DNA of 64,000 nucleotides, taken from NCBI RefSeq assembly GCF_009914755.1, contig NC_060948.1. One strand, given 5' to 3'. Shown piece after piece: positions 12,585 through 23,108 of this stretch. The notes below the pieces were generated by a model, which did no database searches, was not told where the DNA came from, and was given only the letters and a program-made list of their open reading frames with translations. The stretch's first letter is position 1, and each line of letters starts with the position of its first letter. The DNA comes from the human T2T-CHM13v2.0 reference genome, Homo sapiens. Position numbers and translations under genes: made by a program.

Positions 12585-13089
12585 CTTCCCAAACAATTAA
12601 AAATTCCCAATAGAAGAAGCATTAATTATATCAAAAAGTGGTGGACCAAGAAGGAACTATTAGCCTCATATCTCAAGAAAGACTCCAGTCAAGGCCTAGG
12701 GACTACTCATGAAAAGAGTTTAATAGCCGACTCTCTCCCAGTGGATCTGGATTCCACCGGACTGTATCTTCACAGTAAGGGTGAAACAGAAGCAAACCCA
12801 TTCCTATTTCCAAGCTCAAGGAACTTTGGTCAAAGTTCTCTTGGAGCTGAGCAGAACAAGGAGGCAAACAGAAAAGATTTGTGTCCCTGAGAAGTCATGG
12901 CCACAGGCTGGCTATCACACAGATTGTCAAGCCAGTTCCATATTGCATGGGTATTACAGAAAATCTCAAAACATAAATTTGTGTGTGGGTTGTCCCAGAG
13001 TAGCAGGATCTGGCAGAAGGAAATTTCCTTCTAACCCTCAAAGAATCCACATAAATCTTGTTACATTTGGGATTTTACGATTTGCTTCA

Positions 13090-13990
13090 GGAATGAGAAT
13101 GGCCTTAATTTTCATATCTTTTTCTACACTCAGTTTATGGCTTGTTGGCGTCAAAGTTCTGCTTGCTTCACACAATGAGTTTAGGATTTTCCCTTTTTTA
13201 TTCTATAGAATTCTTCATATATATTGAAATGCTCTGCCTGGGGAAAAAAATCTGAGCCTAGCGTTTTATCTCTAGGAAGAATCCTTTATTTCCTTGAACA
13301 TTTATGAGACTATACAGATTATATATGTCTTCTTGTATCAATTTTACTAAGCTATATACATAGCTTATGTTTATATATTATATATATAAATGTAAGATAC
13401 AAATATAAAAATTATGTATAAATATGAAAATATATATAGAAAGCGATATATATGTCTATATATATAGACAGATTATAAATATCTGTCTATTTGATCTAAG
13501 TTTTCAAATTTGTAGGTTAAGGTGTTAATGATATTTCCTTATTAGCTTCTTAGTCTATGCTGTATCTATGGTTGTGTACCTTTTAAATTCTTAGTTTTAT
13601 CTATGTTTTCTCCCTTTTTTTCTAAACTTGACTGACGGTTGCATCATTTATTATATTTCTCCAACAAGCAAAGGTTAGCTTTGTATGTTTTACTAATTTT
13701 GTCTACATCATTATTCCCACACTTTAGTTTTTCAGAATTGATTCTGTTGTTTCTTTTCTAATTCTTTATTGAAATATCTAGTACATTAATTTTCAAGTTA
13801 TTAGAGAAATATTTGTCTGTAAACTCCTATTGTAATATCACTTTTCTTGCTACTCACAGATTTAATCTTTAATATTGGCGGTATCATTGAGTTCTAAGTA
13901 CATTTCAATTCCTAGTATGATAATCTATGAATTGCTGAGAAATAGTGTTTACAATTTTGTTGTTCTATTTCCACTTAAGTTTATTTTTAC
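13090..13990 (-). mobile_element. Very old L1 ORF2 fragment with an internal AT-rich tract; counterparts ~33410-34310 and ~53770-54690
   Basis: T-rich sequence resembling antisense L1M ORF2 (GCTTCACACAATGAGTTTAGG...; AAACTTGACTGACGGTTGCATCATTTATT...). Boundaries are approximate. Confidence 0.55.
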
Positions 13991-14033
13991 TTCTGCTAAC
14001 TCAATTGAAAATTCTTTACTAATTTTTAAAATC

Positions 14034-14148
14034 CTTGAACCCAAGAGATGGAGGTTGCAGTGAGCTGAGATCAGGCCACTGCATTCCAGACTGAGTGACA
14101 GAGTGGAACGAGATTTCAAAACAAAACAAAACAAAACAAAACAAAACA
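14034..14148 (+). mobile_element. Alu right-arm 3' fragment with (AAAAC)n tail; counterparts 34354-34473 and 54717-54821
   Basis: CTTGAACCCAAGAGATGGAGGTTGCAGTGAGCTGAGATC...CACTGCATTCCAGACTGAGTGACAGAG followed by (AAAAC)n. Confidence 0.85.
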
Positions 14149-15700
14149 GTCACTGGAAAGATAATAAAATACATAAATGTGGGATGTAATATGTAATCGT
14201 GATAAAATAAACTGGATTTTTTGTATAAGTTATACATATAAATGTAATGCCAAGACACTGATAAGACAACTCATGGTCTTATCTCAATACTTAGTGTCTT
14301 CATGTAACATATGTCCTTTAGGATAGTTATAGTCCGTTTTCTTTCCAGGAGAGACAGATGAGAATGCAGAAATGTTAAAGTGCAAGGGACGGAAGCTTCC
14401 AGCTGTGCCCACCTGTAACCTGACGTAGACAGTTCCACCGTTTGCTTCATTAATCATGCCAAAGGCTCTAATGCAAATGTGGTACAGAGTCACATGTTTT
14501 TGTATCTACATGATAGAAACTATAACTTCATCCCTATATAGAAGGGTATATAGCATATGCCTCAGTGATAAATATAAGTGAATCATTGATCAGTAGGAAA
14601 CCATTTTAAAAGTCTTTCATAACAGAACAAAATCCCTGAGAACATTTTCTTCTCAATCTCTGAGTTTTCTTACACGGCTTATGAATCTCTAGCCATACTA
14701 AAGAGATAGTATGCTGCTCTTCCCACAAATTATTCATTGTATATAATTCCTGTAATCTAATAACAGTACCTTTACACCTCAGGGTTTAAAATGACTCCAA
14801 CCTTTTTCTGTTTCTCCAATTAAAATAACTTTTTTAAGGTTTAATCTTCAGTAATTTTTTGTAGTAATATTTTTGAAGGTATTTGACCAGGATGATTTGC
14901 TTATATACCTACCTGACGTCTCCCTTTCTTCTGAATACATATTTTATTACCCACCTATTAGATCTAAGTTTAAGAAGTTGGAATAGGGATTTAAATCTAA
15001 ATTCTACATTTGAATTTACAGGAGTCAGCGAGTCCGGGAAGTGCCTTTATGCACAGACCAATATCTGGCAATGGCACTAGGAGACAAATAAGCTTTACCA
15101 GTCTCAAAGCCCTGGCTACTACAGTGAATCCACCCTTCTCCTGGATCTTATCTACTTCAGCAAAAGAAGGCCACCCACTAAACCAGGCCCTTGTACTTTG
15201 GGTGGAAACTCCTAAGTCCTCTAGTCTCCTCAAACAGACAGCCAGGCTGCCAATTTCCACAATAATAATTTCTATAGCACTGAGTCTTTGGTAGCCTTGT
15301 AACTATAGCTACTGATGCTACAGTCTGGTCCCTGTATGATAAAACACCAGAGCAACAGAAACAAAAATATTGACTGAAGCCTTCTAAAATCTCTCTAAAT
15401 ATACCTTCAATAAATATGGTTTTTTTTACAGAATGACTGCTTTCAGCTTCCAGAACTAACGCTTGGCCTTCGCTAGTTGTCACTGTTGAAATTGATTCAA
15501 AAGTGTACATTTAACATGAAACTCAATACAGAATTTCATGTGTCAGCAACTAAAATTTTCAAAATGATGCAAAATACAAATGTGAAACTGTATTTGTGAA
15601 ATTTACCATTCATTGAAATTATATTTTCATACCTACCCAGGCACAGAATTTTTTATAACTGTCTGCATGTTCTCCTCATGTGGGGGAAAAACAGCATCAG

Positions 15701-15806
15701 CAGGCAGAGGAATCCTTTGAAGCTGGAGGGAGAGGTTGCAGTGATCTGAGAGTTTGCCACTTGACTGCAGCCTGGATGACACAGTGAGACTCCAACTGAA
15801 AAGAAA

Positions 15807-15845
<39 letters not shown>

Positions 15846-15912
15846 CCCAAAAATTGATAAGTAAAAAAAAAATCCGTATTCGAAAACATGCTCACAGGCT
15901 AACTCCCATATC

Positions 15913-15957
<45 letters not shown>
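15701..15957 (+). mobile_element. 5'-deleted Alu remnant (15701-~15810) followed by two (CA)n tracts; counterpart from 36023
   Basis: GAGGTTGCAGTGA...CAGCCTGGATGACACAGTGAGACTCC, then (CA)n at ~15810-15840 and ~15915-15957. Confidence 0.8.
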
Positions 15958-15959
<2 letters not shown>

Positions 15960-17090
15960 TCCTTGAAAACGAAAGTTCCACAAGGGCGAAACAAGAAAAC
16001 AAATTTAACACCCCCCAAAGAAAGTACAAAGAGTAACCTCAAAAGAACCGCACGGGGAAAACAATTCAAAATTTACAAGTATCTACCCTAAAAGAAGCTG
16101 AAAGTCCCTCAAAAACTTTCCAGAGGCCATGTCCTTGTATTACAAAAATGATCATAAAAACTGGCAGGAGTAGACGAATAGAAATGCATCTTAAAACTTG
16201 CTAAACACTTCAAGTCTCCCATAAGAATTGCAATGGAAAATGGATCAGTCGGCAGTTTTTTCCATACAATTATGAACAAATTATATTTCTTCATACATAG
16301 ATTTGTTTTTTCAATATTCTAAGGAATTAACTTTTATATTAATAGTAGGTGATGTAAGAAAGCAGGCCTTTATCAAGATAACTGACACTGGATGTCCATA
16401 CCATTACTCAGGTGGGCCTTAATTCCCAGCCAGGTTCCCTCCCTGGACACACACTGAAGGTCCCCAGCCATTTGGCAATCTCTTCACATTCCCAGCCCTG
16501 GAGGTAGCCCTAAAATACATGTACCTGAAGAAAATAAAACATTGCCTCACACTGGAGCCCAGTGTGGTCCTCCAGATTCCGTGTGAGGTGGACTAACTTA
16601 TATGGGAAGGCAGGGCAGCGGGAGTGAGGATGGCAGAGAGGATTACACATGTCAAGGCAGCCGGGGTCATGGAAACAAAACATGACTGGCCTGGGAGAAA
16701 CACTGTGAAAGGACACAGACCTAGGTGGGCCTCAGGTGGACATCCTCGTGGAGAAAAAGGGGGCCCTGGTTGATCTCAAAATGAGCCCCAGGTGGTAGCA
16801 GGTCTTACCGCAGGGCAGGGAGCTGGCGAGTAATGATGAGACAGCTATCCCTTGAGCCCTGCTTGTCACCCACTGACTTTAGCCACATATGCATCATAGT
16901 GGCTTAAGGTGCCCCGATCCTGAAATGTGGGTGTTACATGTCCCTGATGGGCCTCTCTCCCCCAACCCATGGATTGCCTGGGATTGCTCACTGCAGTCTC
17001 CTCCCGGATCCTTGGGTTCTCCATGTGGGGCCCAGATCCAGGTCAAAAGGCCTCTCAGTTCCCAGCCCTTCCCAGCCCTAGGCTGCTCGC

Positions 17091-19664
17091 CTGGCCTCCT
17101 CTCTGTTCCGCCTCTAGGGCTGACCCTCTCTCCATGGGATAGAACTGCAATGGATTGAGCCATAGGCCCTGGCTGATGATCTAGGGGACTGCAGAAGTGG
17201 GTCCAGGACAGTTCAGGTGACAGTTCAAAGCCAATTCCCCAGAGACCAAGGAATGACCAGCTAGGTCCTTTCCCATGATGCCCCACGGCGAACCCCACGT
17301 CAGCAATCCTGCCAAAACCCGGGCAGTCATGTTCAGCAAAACAGCTGAATGAGCTCAGGTAGGAGGTGTACTGCCTGCAGCTGGAGGCTTGACCTTCGTG
17401 ATCCCAGAACCGCTGGACTGCAGTGGAATGAGACACCCTGTAGCCTGCAGGGAGAGGAGTCAGGAAGGTTCATGCCAGTCCCACCCTCCCACACACCAGC
17501 TCCCCTACCATGCTGGGAGGCATTCCTTACCGAGGATGCCAACACAGTGCTCCTTCATGATGATTTCACTGTGGAAATAAAGGTTGGGATGAAAGGAAAT
17601 CATCCTGCCACCGGTAACCGGGATGGCTGAGTTCCTCCACCTGCCGGATCAAGGAGAAAGAGGATGGATTCAATGGGACCATCTCAACTAGCCGGGCTGA
17701 GGTGGCCTACTAGCTGTAGTGAACCATGAGTTTCCCCTTCCCAGCTCTCCCACTGAGACAACCCTGGTCCCCAGGGGGACCTCAAACTGACTCAGACACT
17801 GGACTCCTCCCACAGACCCAGGCTCCCCAGCCTGACCTGCAAATCCATCACGTAGCAAAGCAGGACTTCCGCATGCTTTCCGACCCACGCCGACATCTCG
17901 TGTGCCAAACAATCTGCCTCTGCGCAAGAACTCTCCAGAGGATTGGGTGGGCAAGCCTCGTGACGCCTTGCAATTTCGCAAGAACACAGACAATGTGGAA
18001 CAGGGCCATCTCCCAGACATTTGGCCAGTCACCCTTCATTGTTGGCCCTCTATCTCTGTCTGGCGAGGAGGCAACGCCACAACTGTGGTGGTTTTTGGAG
18101 TGGGTGGACCCCGGCCAAGACGGCCTGGGCTGACCAGAGACGGGAGGCAGAAAAAGTGGGCAGGTGGTTGCAGCTGAGGGACGGGAGGGGCCGGGGGTGG
18201 TGTGAGGCGGCTGCTTCTCTGAGTTTCTGAGATGCAGGAGGCCTTTGTGTGCTGGGTGCTGGACATGCTCCGCTGATGTCCGGGTGTGTGGTGTCCTCTT
18301 ATCCTAGTCTCCCTGAGGGGTGGGCCTGTCCACCTGAGGGAAGCCTTGTAGTTAGAAGCCACAGCAGGGTCGTGCCTGGCGCTCTCCAAGGGAATTGCGT
18401 GGGTCCAGAGGAAGTTATACACGCTCAGGGCCTACACGCCTTTGAGTGCAGCGCCTGCAGTTGGATGAATGTGCATCTGCGGAGCTGGTGCCCGCCGTCA
18501 GGTGGTCGGCAGCCCCATGCGCCGCGAACCCGTCTTAAGCACCTTGTGTTTCTGGGGTGAGCCTGCTGGAAACAGGCACCGAGAGCAGGGGTGGTTCAAT
18601 GGCTGGTAATGGCATACAGATTCCCCGTCCTCCAGGGACGTTCCCAGGGAAACGTGTCCTTCGAATTTGGGCTGTGCGCAAAGGGACCTTGGCGCCGCGA
18701 TTCTCCCTTGTCAGTGCTGGCCCTGGCTCCCCTTCCCTACCACGTGCTCCCAGGGCTGCTACAAGCGAGCTGCCCTCACAGCTGCGGGAACGTGGCCTCG
18801 GCTCCCACGCTGTCCCCCATCCCCTGCCTCCTGGCTGACCCCACGCGCCTCCCACCTGGCTCCTCCCCCCAAACAGCCCCCATACCCCCCGAGGCCCGAT
18901 GACTATCCCCTGCTGCCCGCCATCCCAAATCGGCAGCCGCAAGGATATGGCTCTGGCTCACAAGGCGGAGATGCTCTGTGGCCTGGGGCATTCACGGAGC
19001 CCAGCTCCAAGTGAAGGACCTCCAGCGAGTCCATTGACGGCCCCGGTGTGCTCGGTCCAGGGCCAGGCTGTGCCCGCTGGCCCTCCTTCTGCCACCCCAC
19101 GTCGGGCTCCACCTCAGCCACCACCTCCACCTCAGCCATGATGTCTTCCACCTTCAGCACCGCCTCCTCTTCCAAGGCCGCCTCCTTGCTCTGTACCCCG
19201 GCCGTCTTCTCCAGCATTGCCTCCAGCCTGAACACGGTTTTCTCCTGGGTGCTCCCACAGACCCTGGGCCTGCGCAGCCCAGCCCAGCCCAGCCCATGCC
19301 CCGCACCCGTAGGCTCTGGGGGCCCGCTCACCAGCAGACCCGCTCCCTGCAAGACCCACGGGCGTCGCCCTGCTGAGAACCTGGTCCCACACCTACGTGG
19401 ACCCAGGTTTCCTGAGCTCCGCTGGACCCGCAGATCCCGCACTGGCCAAAGGGCTCCGGTCCCCAGCAGGCTCAACTGCGCACAGGAGCTCGGGAGCCAG
19501 AGGCCCCGGCCCTGGGCTTGCAGAGCCCCACCAACAGGCACCGCAACCGCTGCTGCGTTTGCGGGAGCCTCTGGGTCGTCAAGGCAGCGCACAACAGCGT
19601 GCGCGCAGGCCGACAATGGCCACCCCTGGCGGCTGGCCTCTGGTGTGCCCAGGGCATAGGACAA
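17091..19664 (-). pseudogene. FAM197Y: Inverted ancient TSPY paralog, exons 1-5 (5' part of the FAM197Y/CYorf16 antisense unit), unit 1
   Basis: Minus-strand homologues: exon 1 [38 protein letters not shown] (in ORF 18903-19664); exon 2 17837-17913; exon 3 17531-17640 (VEELSHP...FHPNLYFHSEIIMKEH); exon 4 17299-17444 (YRVSHSTAVQ...GRIAD, 146 nt as in TSPY); exon 5 17091-17180 (IISQGLWLNPLQFY). The FAM197Y identity comes from known array organisation. Confidence 0.85.
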
Positions 19665-20800
19665 GAGGCCCTTTGGAATGCTCCTTGGAGTACAGCATCC
19701 TCAGGGAGGAAGCATGGTACTCGGAGCCTCTATTTGCCTCGACCTGTGAGAGTGTGTGCCGGGGCTCTGGCCTCTACAGCAGATCAATTCCACCTCAGCA
19801 CCGGCAGGCGACTTTCCTCCCACGTGCCCGCCCCGATCACTTCCCCCAGGACACCCCTGCCGCCCTAGCCCCAGCAACCAGAGAGAGTTCTCTGCATCTG
19901 CTGTATTACCTCCGTACCATCTACCTGGCCTGCCTAACGAAGAGAGATGTTTCCTGTGTTCATGACACATAGAGATGTTCATGGCTTGCCACACTGAGGA
20001 TGTCAGGGCACAGGGCTGCCATGCCCACAATTCCAAAGGCCACGCAGCCCGCGTGTGCCCGGATGCCTAGCTACCCGGCACAAGCTCCAAGGGCTTCTCG
20101 GAGGAGGCTTGGGCAGGGAAGGCGGGGGGTGGGGGGGCTGGAGATGCAGGCCCGCCAGTGGCTGTGCCGCCCAGGGAGACGCCCACCGCCCTCCCATTGA
20201 CTGGCCACGACGGGAGGAAGTCGGCCTGGGTGCGGCCCCCCGGCCCTTCGCGCGCAGTCCCTTAGGGGGCGCCTGGAAGCCCGGCGCATGCGCCCTGAGG
20301 GCTCGCTGACCTACCGGGTGCCAGAGAGGCTGCGGCAGGGTTTCTGTGGCGTGGGTCGGGCAGCACAGGCCTTGGTGTGTGCGAGTGCCAAGGAGGGCAC
20401 CGCCTTCAGGATGGAGGCTGTACAGGAGGGGGCGGCCGGGGTGGAGAGTGAGCAGGCGGCTTTGGGGGAGGAGGCGGTGCTGCTGTTGGATGACATAATG
20501 GCGGAGGTGGAGGTGGTGGCGGAGGAGGAGGGCCTCGTGGAGCGGCGGGAGGAGGCCCAGCGGGCACAGCAGGCTGTGCCTGGCCCTGGGCCCATGACCC
20601 CAGAGTCTGCACTGGAGGAGCTGCTGGCCGTTCAGGTGGAGCTGGAGCCGGTTAATGCCCAAGCCAGGAAGGCCTTTTCTCGGCAGCGGGAAAAGATGGA
20701 GCGGAGGCGCAAGCCCCACCTAGACCGCAGAGGCGCCGTCATCCAGAGCGTCCCTGGCTTCTGGGCCAATGTTGTATCCTTCTCAGTGTTTCTTCGGCCT
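19000..20800. promoter_or_regulatory. CpG-rich divergent promoter region between the FAM197Y relic (-) and TSPY copy 2 (+)
   Basis: GC- and CpG-rich. Contains GC boxes, an ETS-like GGAAGT (~20216-20221) and the NRF1-type palindrome GGCGCATGCGCC (20283-20294). The CCAAT box is mutated here (GACTGG at 20199-20204). Confidence 0.7.
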
Positions 20801-22850
20801 TTCTAGTGGAGAGGTGCTCTCGGGGAAGTGTAAGTGACCGATGGGCAGCGCGGCGTCGATGTGACTCTTTGGGGAACAAAGGGGAGTTGCCATGGACCAG
20901 TGTGGCTGTGGAAAGCCGGAGCAGGCGTGGGTACTATTGTCCTGCATGCGGCAGAGAAACCCTTGGTGATGCCGAGCAGCAGACGTTTGGGGCATCTTTT
21001 TGAAGAGCAGAAGCGAGTTCAGAGCGGAAGAGGTTTTTCAGTGAATGAAGCTATTTTTAAGGGAGTGTGATTGCTGCCCCTTGCTAGTCCGATCTGGGAC
21101 TGGGCGTCTTCGGCTATAAGCAGATTCTGCCACTCCTCAGACACCAGCAAGTCTCTGCAAATCGCGCCTCCCCATGTCAGTGCAGTCAGCCTCAGAATCA
21201 TACACCCTCTGTGAACACAGGAGGCCTTAGTTTACGGGGAGGGGGAGGCGAAAGGAGATCATACATGGAAGCAGATCTGAGAAATCCCCTACCCCAGCCT
21301 CTGGGTGCTCTTAGGCCTTCTTCCCTGTTGCTCCTCGCTTTCCCTTCCATCGTGTGTAAAGTCTCTTTGACCTAAATCAGATTGCAAACCACCCCCAGAT
21401 GTCAGCCCTGATCACTGACGAAGATGAAGACATGCTGAGCTACATGGTCAGCCTGGAGGTGAGGCCAGGAAGACTGGGGCTAGAGGGTTTAGCGGGGGAG
21501 GGTAAGGGAAATAATTCATTCCTGTAAGCAAGAGTGAGCACCTCACCCGAAAACCTATCTAAGCTTTCTCCACCTTGTCCTGACAGGTGGAAGAAGAGAA
21601 GCATCCTGTTCATCTCTGCAAGATCATGTTGTTCTTTCGGAGTAACCCCTACTTCCAGAATAAAGTGATTACCAAGGAATATCTGGTGAACATCACAGGT
21701 GACAGGTGGCTCCCAGGATGGGTAGTGGAAGGAAGATGGTGGGTGGATCATTGCCAACGGGATCCAGCCCCCTTCCCACAAAAACTCCTGTCTCTGTAGA
21801 ATACAGGGCTTCTCATTCCACTCCAATTGAGTGGTATCCGGATTATGAAGTGGAGGCCTATCGCCGCAGACACCACAACAGCAGCCTTAACTTCTTCAAC
21901 TGGTTCTCTGACCACAACTTCGCAGGATCTAACAAGATTGCTGAGGTGAGTCCTCACTGGGAAACATGAGGAATGACCCCGTGTGTTCCCAGCTGCTTGG
22001 GTCACCTTTCTGAGCCCTGATGAGGCCTTTCCCGATTGAGTCCCCTGACAGATCCTATGTAAGGACCTGTGGCGCAATCCCCTGCAATACTACAAGAGGA
22101 TGAAGCCACCTGAAGAGGGAACAGAGACGTCAGGTGAGCCGTTAGTTGGCACTGGAGCTGTTTGATGCGCAGTATAAGGGGGTTGACACACCTGCCTATT
22201 CAGGGAGCCTGGGTGCTCATTTCAGAAATGTAGAAACTGAGGCTCCTTTCGTATATGTAGAAATTCCTTGAGAGGAAGACAGAGAGTGACAGAATCCAGG
22301 ACGTTCATGGCATTGGGCTGAAAAGGCACGTTAGAGACTGCACTGCAAAGCGGGTGATAGCTGTGGAGTCTTAAGCCCAGTGAAGAATCGTCCATTTCCA
22401 GAATCAATGAGAAGTAAAGCTGAAAATCATTCAGTTCAGTCTGTGGCACTTAATTCCACGGCTGTCAACCCCACCGGCAGTCATCCCACCAACCCCATGA
22501 GATTGGGCTCCCTGAATGTGCGTCCTGGTCATCCTTGCCCCAAACCACAAAGGACTGTTTAGATTGATGGATTTCCTTAAGCTGTTGCCCCATCAGACTT
22601 GTGTGTGCTTTTAGGGCCCAGTGCATCTTGTTAGCTGACTCCCCTCACAGACAATACTGGGAATGGGGCAGGGATTGCGCAGAACAGTTTGTAACACGTG
22701 GTAGGAGGAAGTTTAAGGAATCAGAAATGGGGAAGGGATATCCTTTTCTCAGCGGGCCCCACAATTGAAACATTTCAAAGTATGGCTCAGAGAAAATGCG
22801 TTTTAACATGAGTTTGTGTTTCTCTAGGGGACTCCCAGTTGTTGAGTTGA
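20288..22850 (+). CDS. TSPY: TSPY copy 2, testis-specific Y-encoded protein (SET/NAP family), intact 308-aa ORF
   Basis: Exons 20288-20773, 21381-21458, 21587-21698, 21800-21945, 22052-22133 and 22828-22850 total 927 nt and give [10 protein letters not shown]...WANV|IANHPQMS...TETSGDSQLLS*. An alternative acceptor at 22040 gives a 294-aa form ending NTTRG* (TGA 22101-22103). By recalled position this may be the copy annotated TSPY6P. Confidence 0.93.
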
Positions 22851-23020
22851 ATATGATGGAGCATCAGATTTTACCTAATACAGCAGAACTCCTAAAAAGT
22901 TACAGCCATATGCAGGACGGCAGTACTCAGCATGGTCTTATGCACAGGAACTAAAGGAAAAAGAGATCGAGTCACAAAAATTCAGGAAGAGGGGGTAAAT
23001 GTGGATTGTATGGAATGAAA

Positions 23021-23026
23021 AATAAA
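23021..23026 (+). terminator. TSPY polyadenylation signal, copy 2
   Basis: AATAAA followed by a (TG)n downstream element. Confidence 0.75.
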
Positions 23027-23070
23027 CATTCTCAAGGATGTGTGACTCTGTGTGTATGTGTGTGTGTGTC

Positions 23071-23108
<38 letters not shown>

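Larger units (their letters stand above)
8019..17850. repeat. Intra-unit diverged direct repeat, ~1.4 kb: 8019-9400 vs 16384-17850 (present in every unit)
   Basis: GACACTGGGTGTCCTCACCAATACTGAGGTGGGCCTTAAT (8019) vs GACACTGGATGTCCATACCATTACTCAGGTGGGCCTTAAT (16384), collinear through CCTGACCTGCAAATCCA. Confidence 0.85.

Noticed and set aside
12200-13227. ORFs of 109-148 aa over the LTR and its flank
   Set aside because: They lie in THE1 LTR or old repeat-like sequence, have no recognisable domain, and are partly frameshifted in unit 3.
14997-15510. Moderately GC-rich block, well conserved in unit 3, with ORFs on both strands; a possible exon or pseudogene fragment
   Set aside because: I could not recognise any protein family in any frame. 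It could be a FAM197Y exon or a conversion island, and needs BLAST or RNA-seq.
19048-20719. Many overlapping 100-240-aa ORFs in the CpG island (e.g. 19048-19659 +, 19397-19972 +, 20003-20719 -)
   Set aside because: They are antisense or alternative frames of TSPY-like, stop-poor GC-rich DNA. Recurrence in each unit reflects duplication, not selection.
20288-20806. Single-exon ORFs ending [11 protein letters not shown] (also 23-478, 40512-41135, 60890-61309) as complete genes
   Set aside because: These are exon 1 read through into intron 1; the spliced six-exon model gives the known TSPY protein. The 23, 40512 and 60890 starts are GTG/TTG ORF-caller starts.
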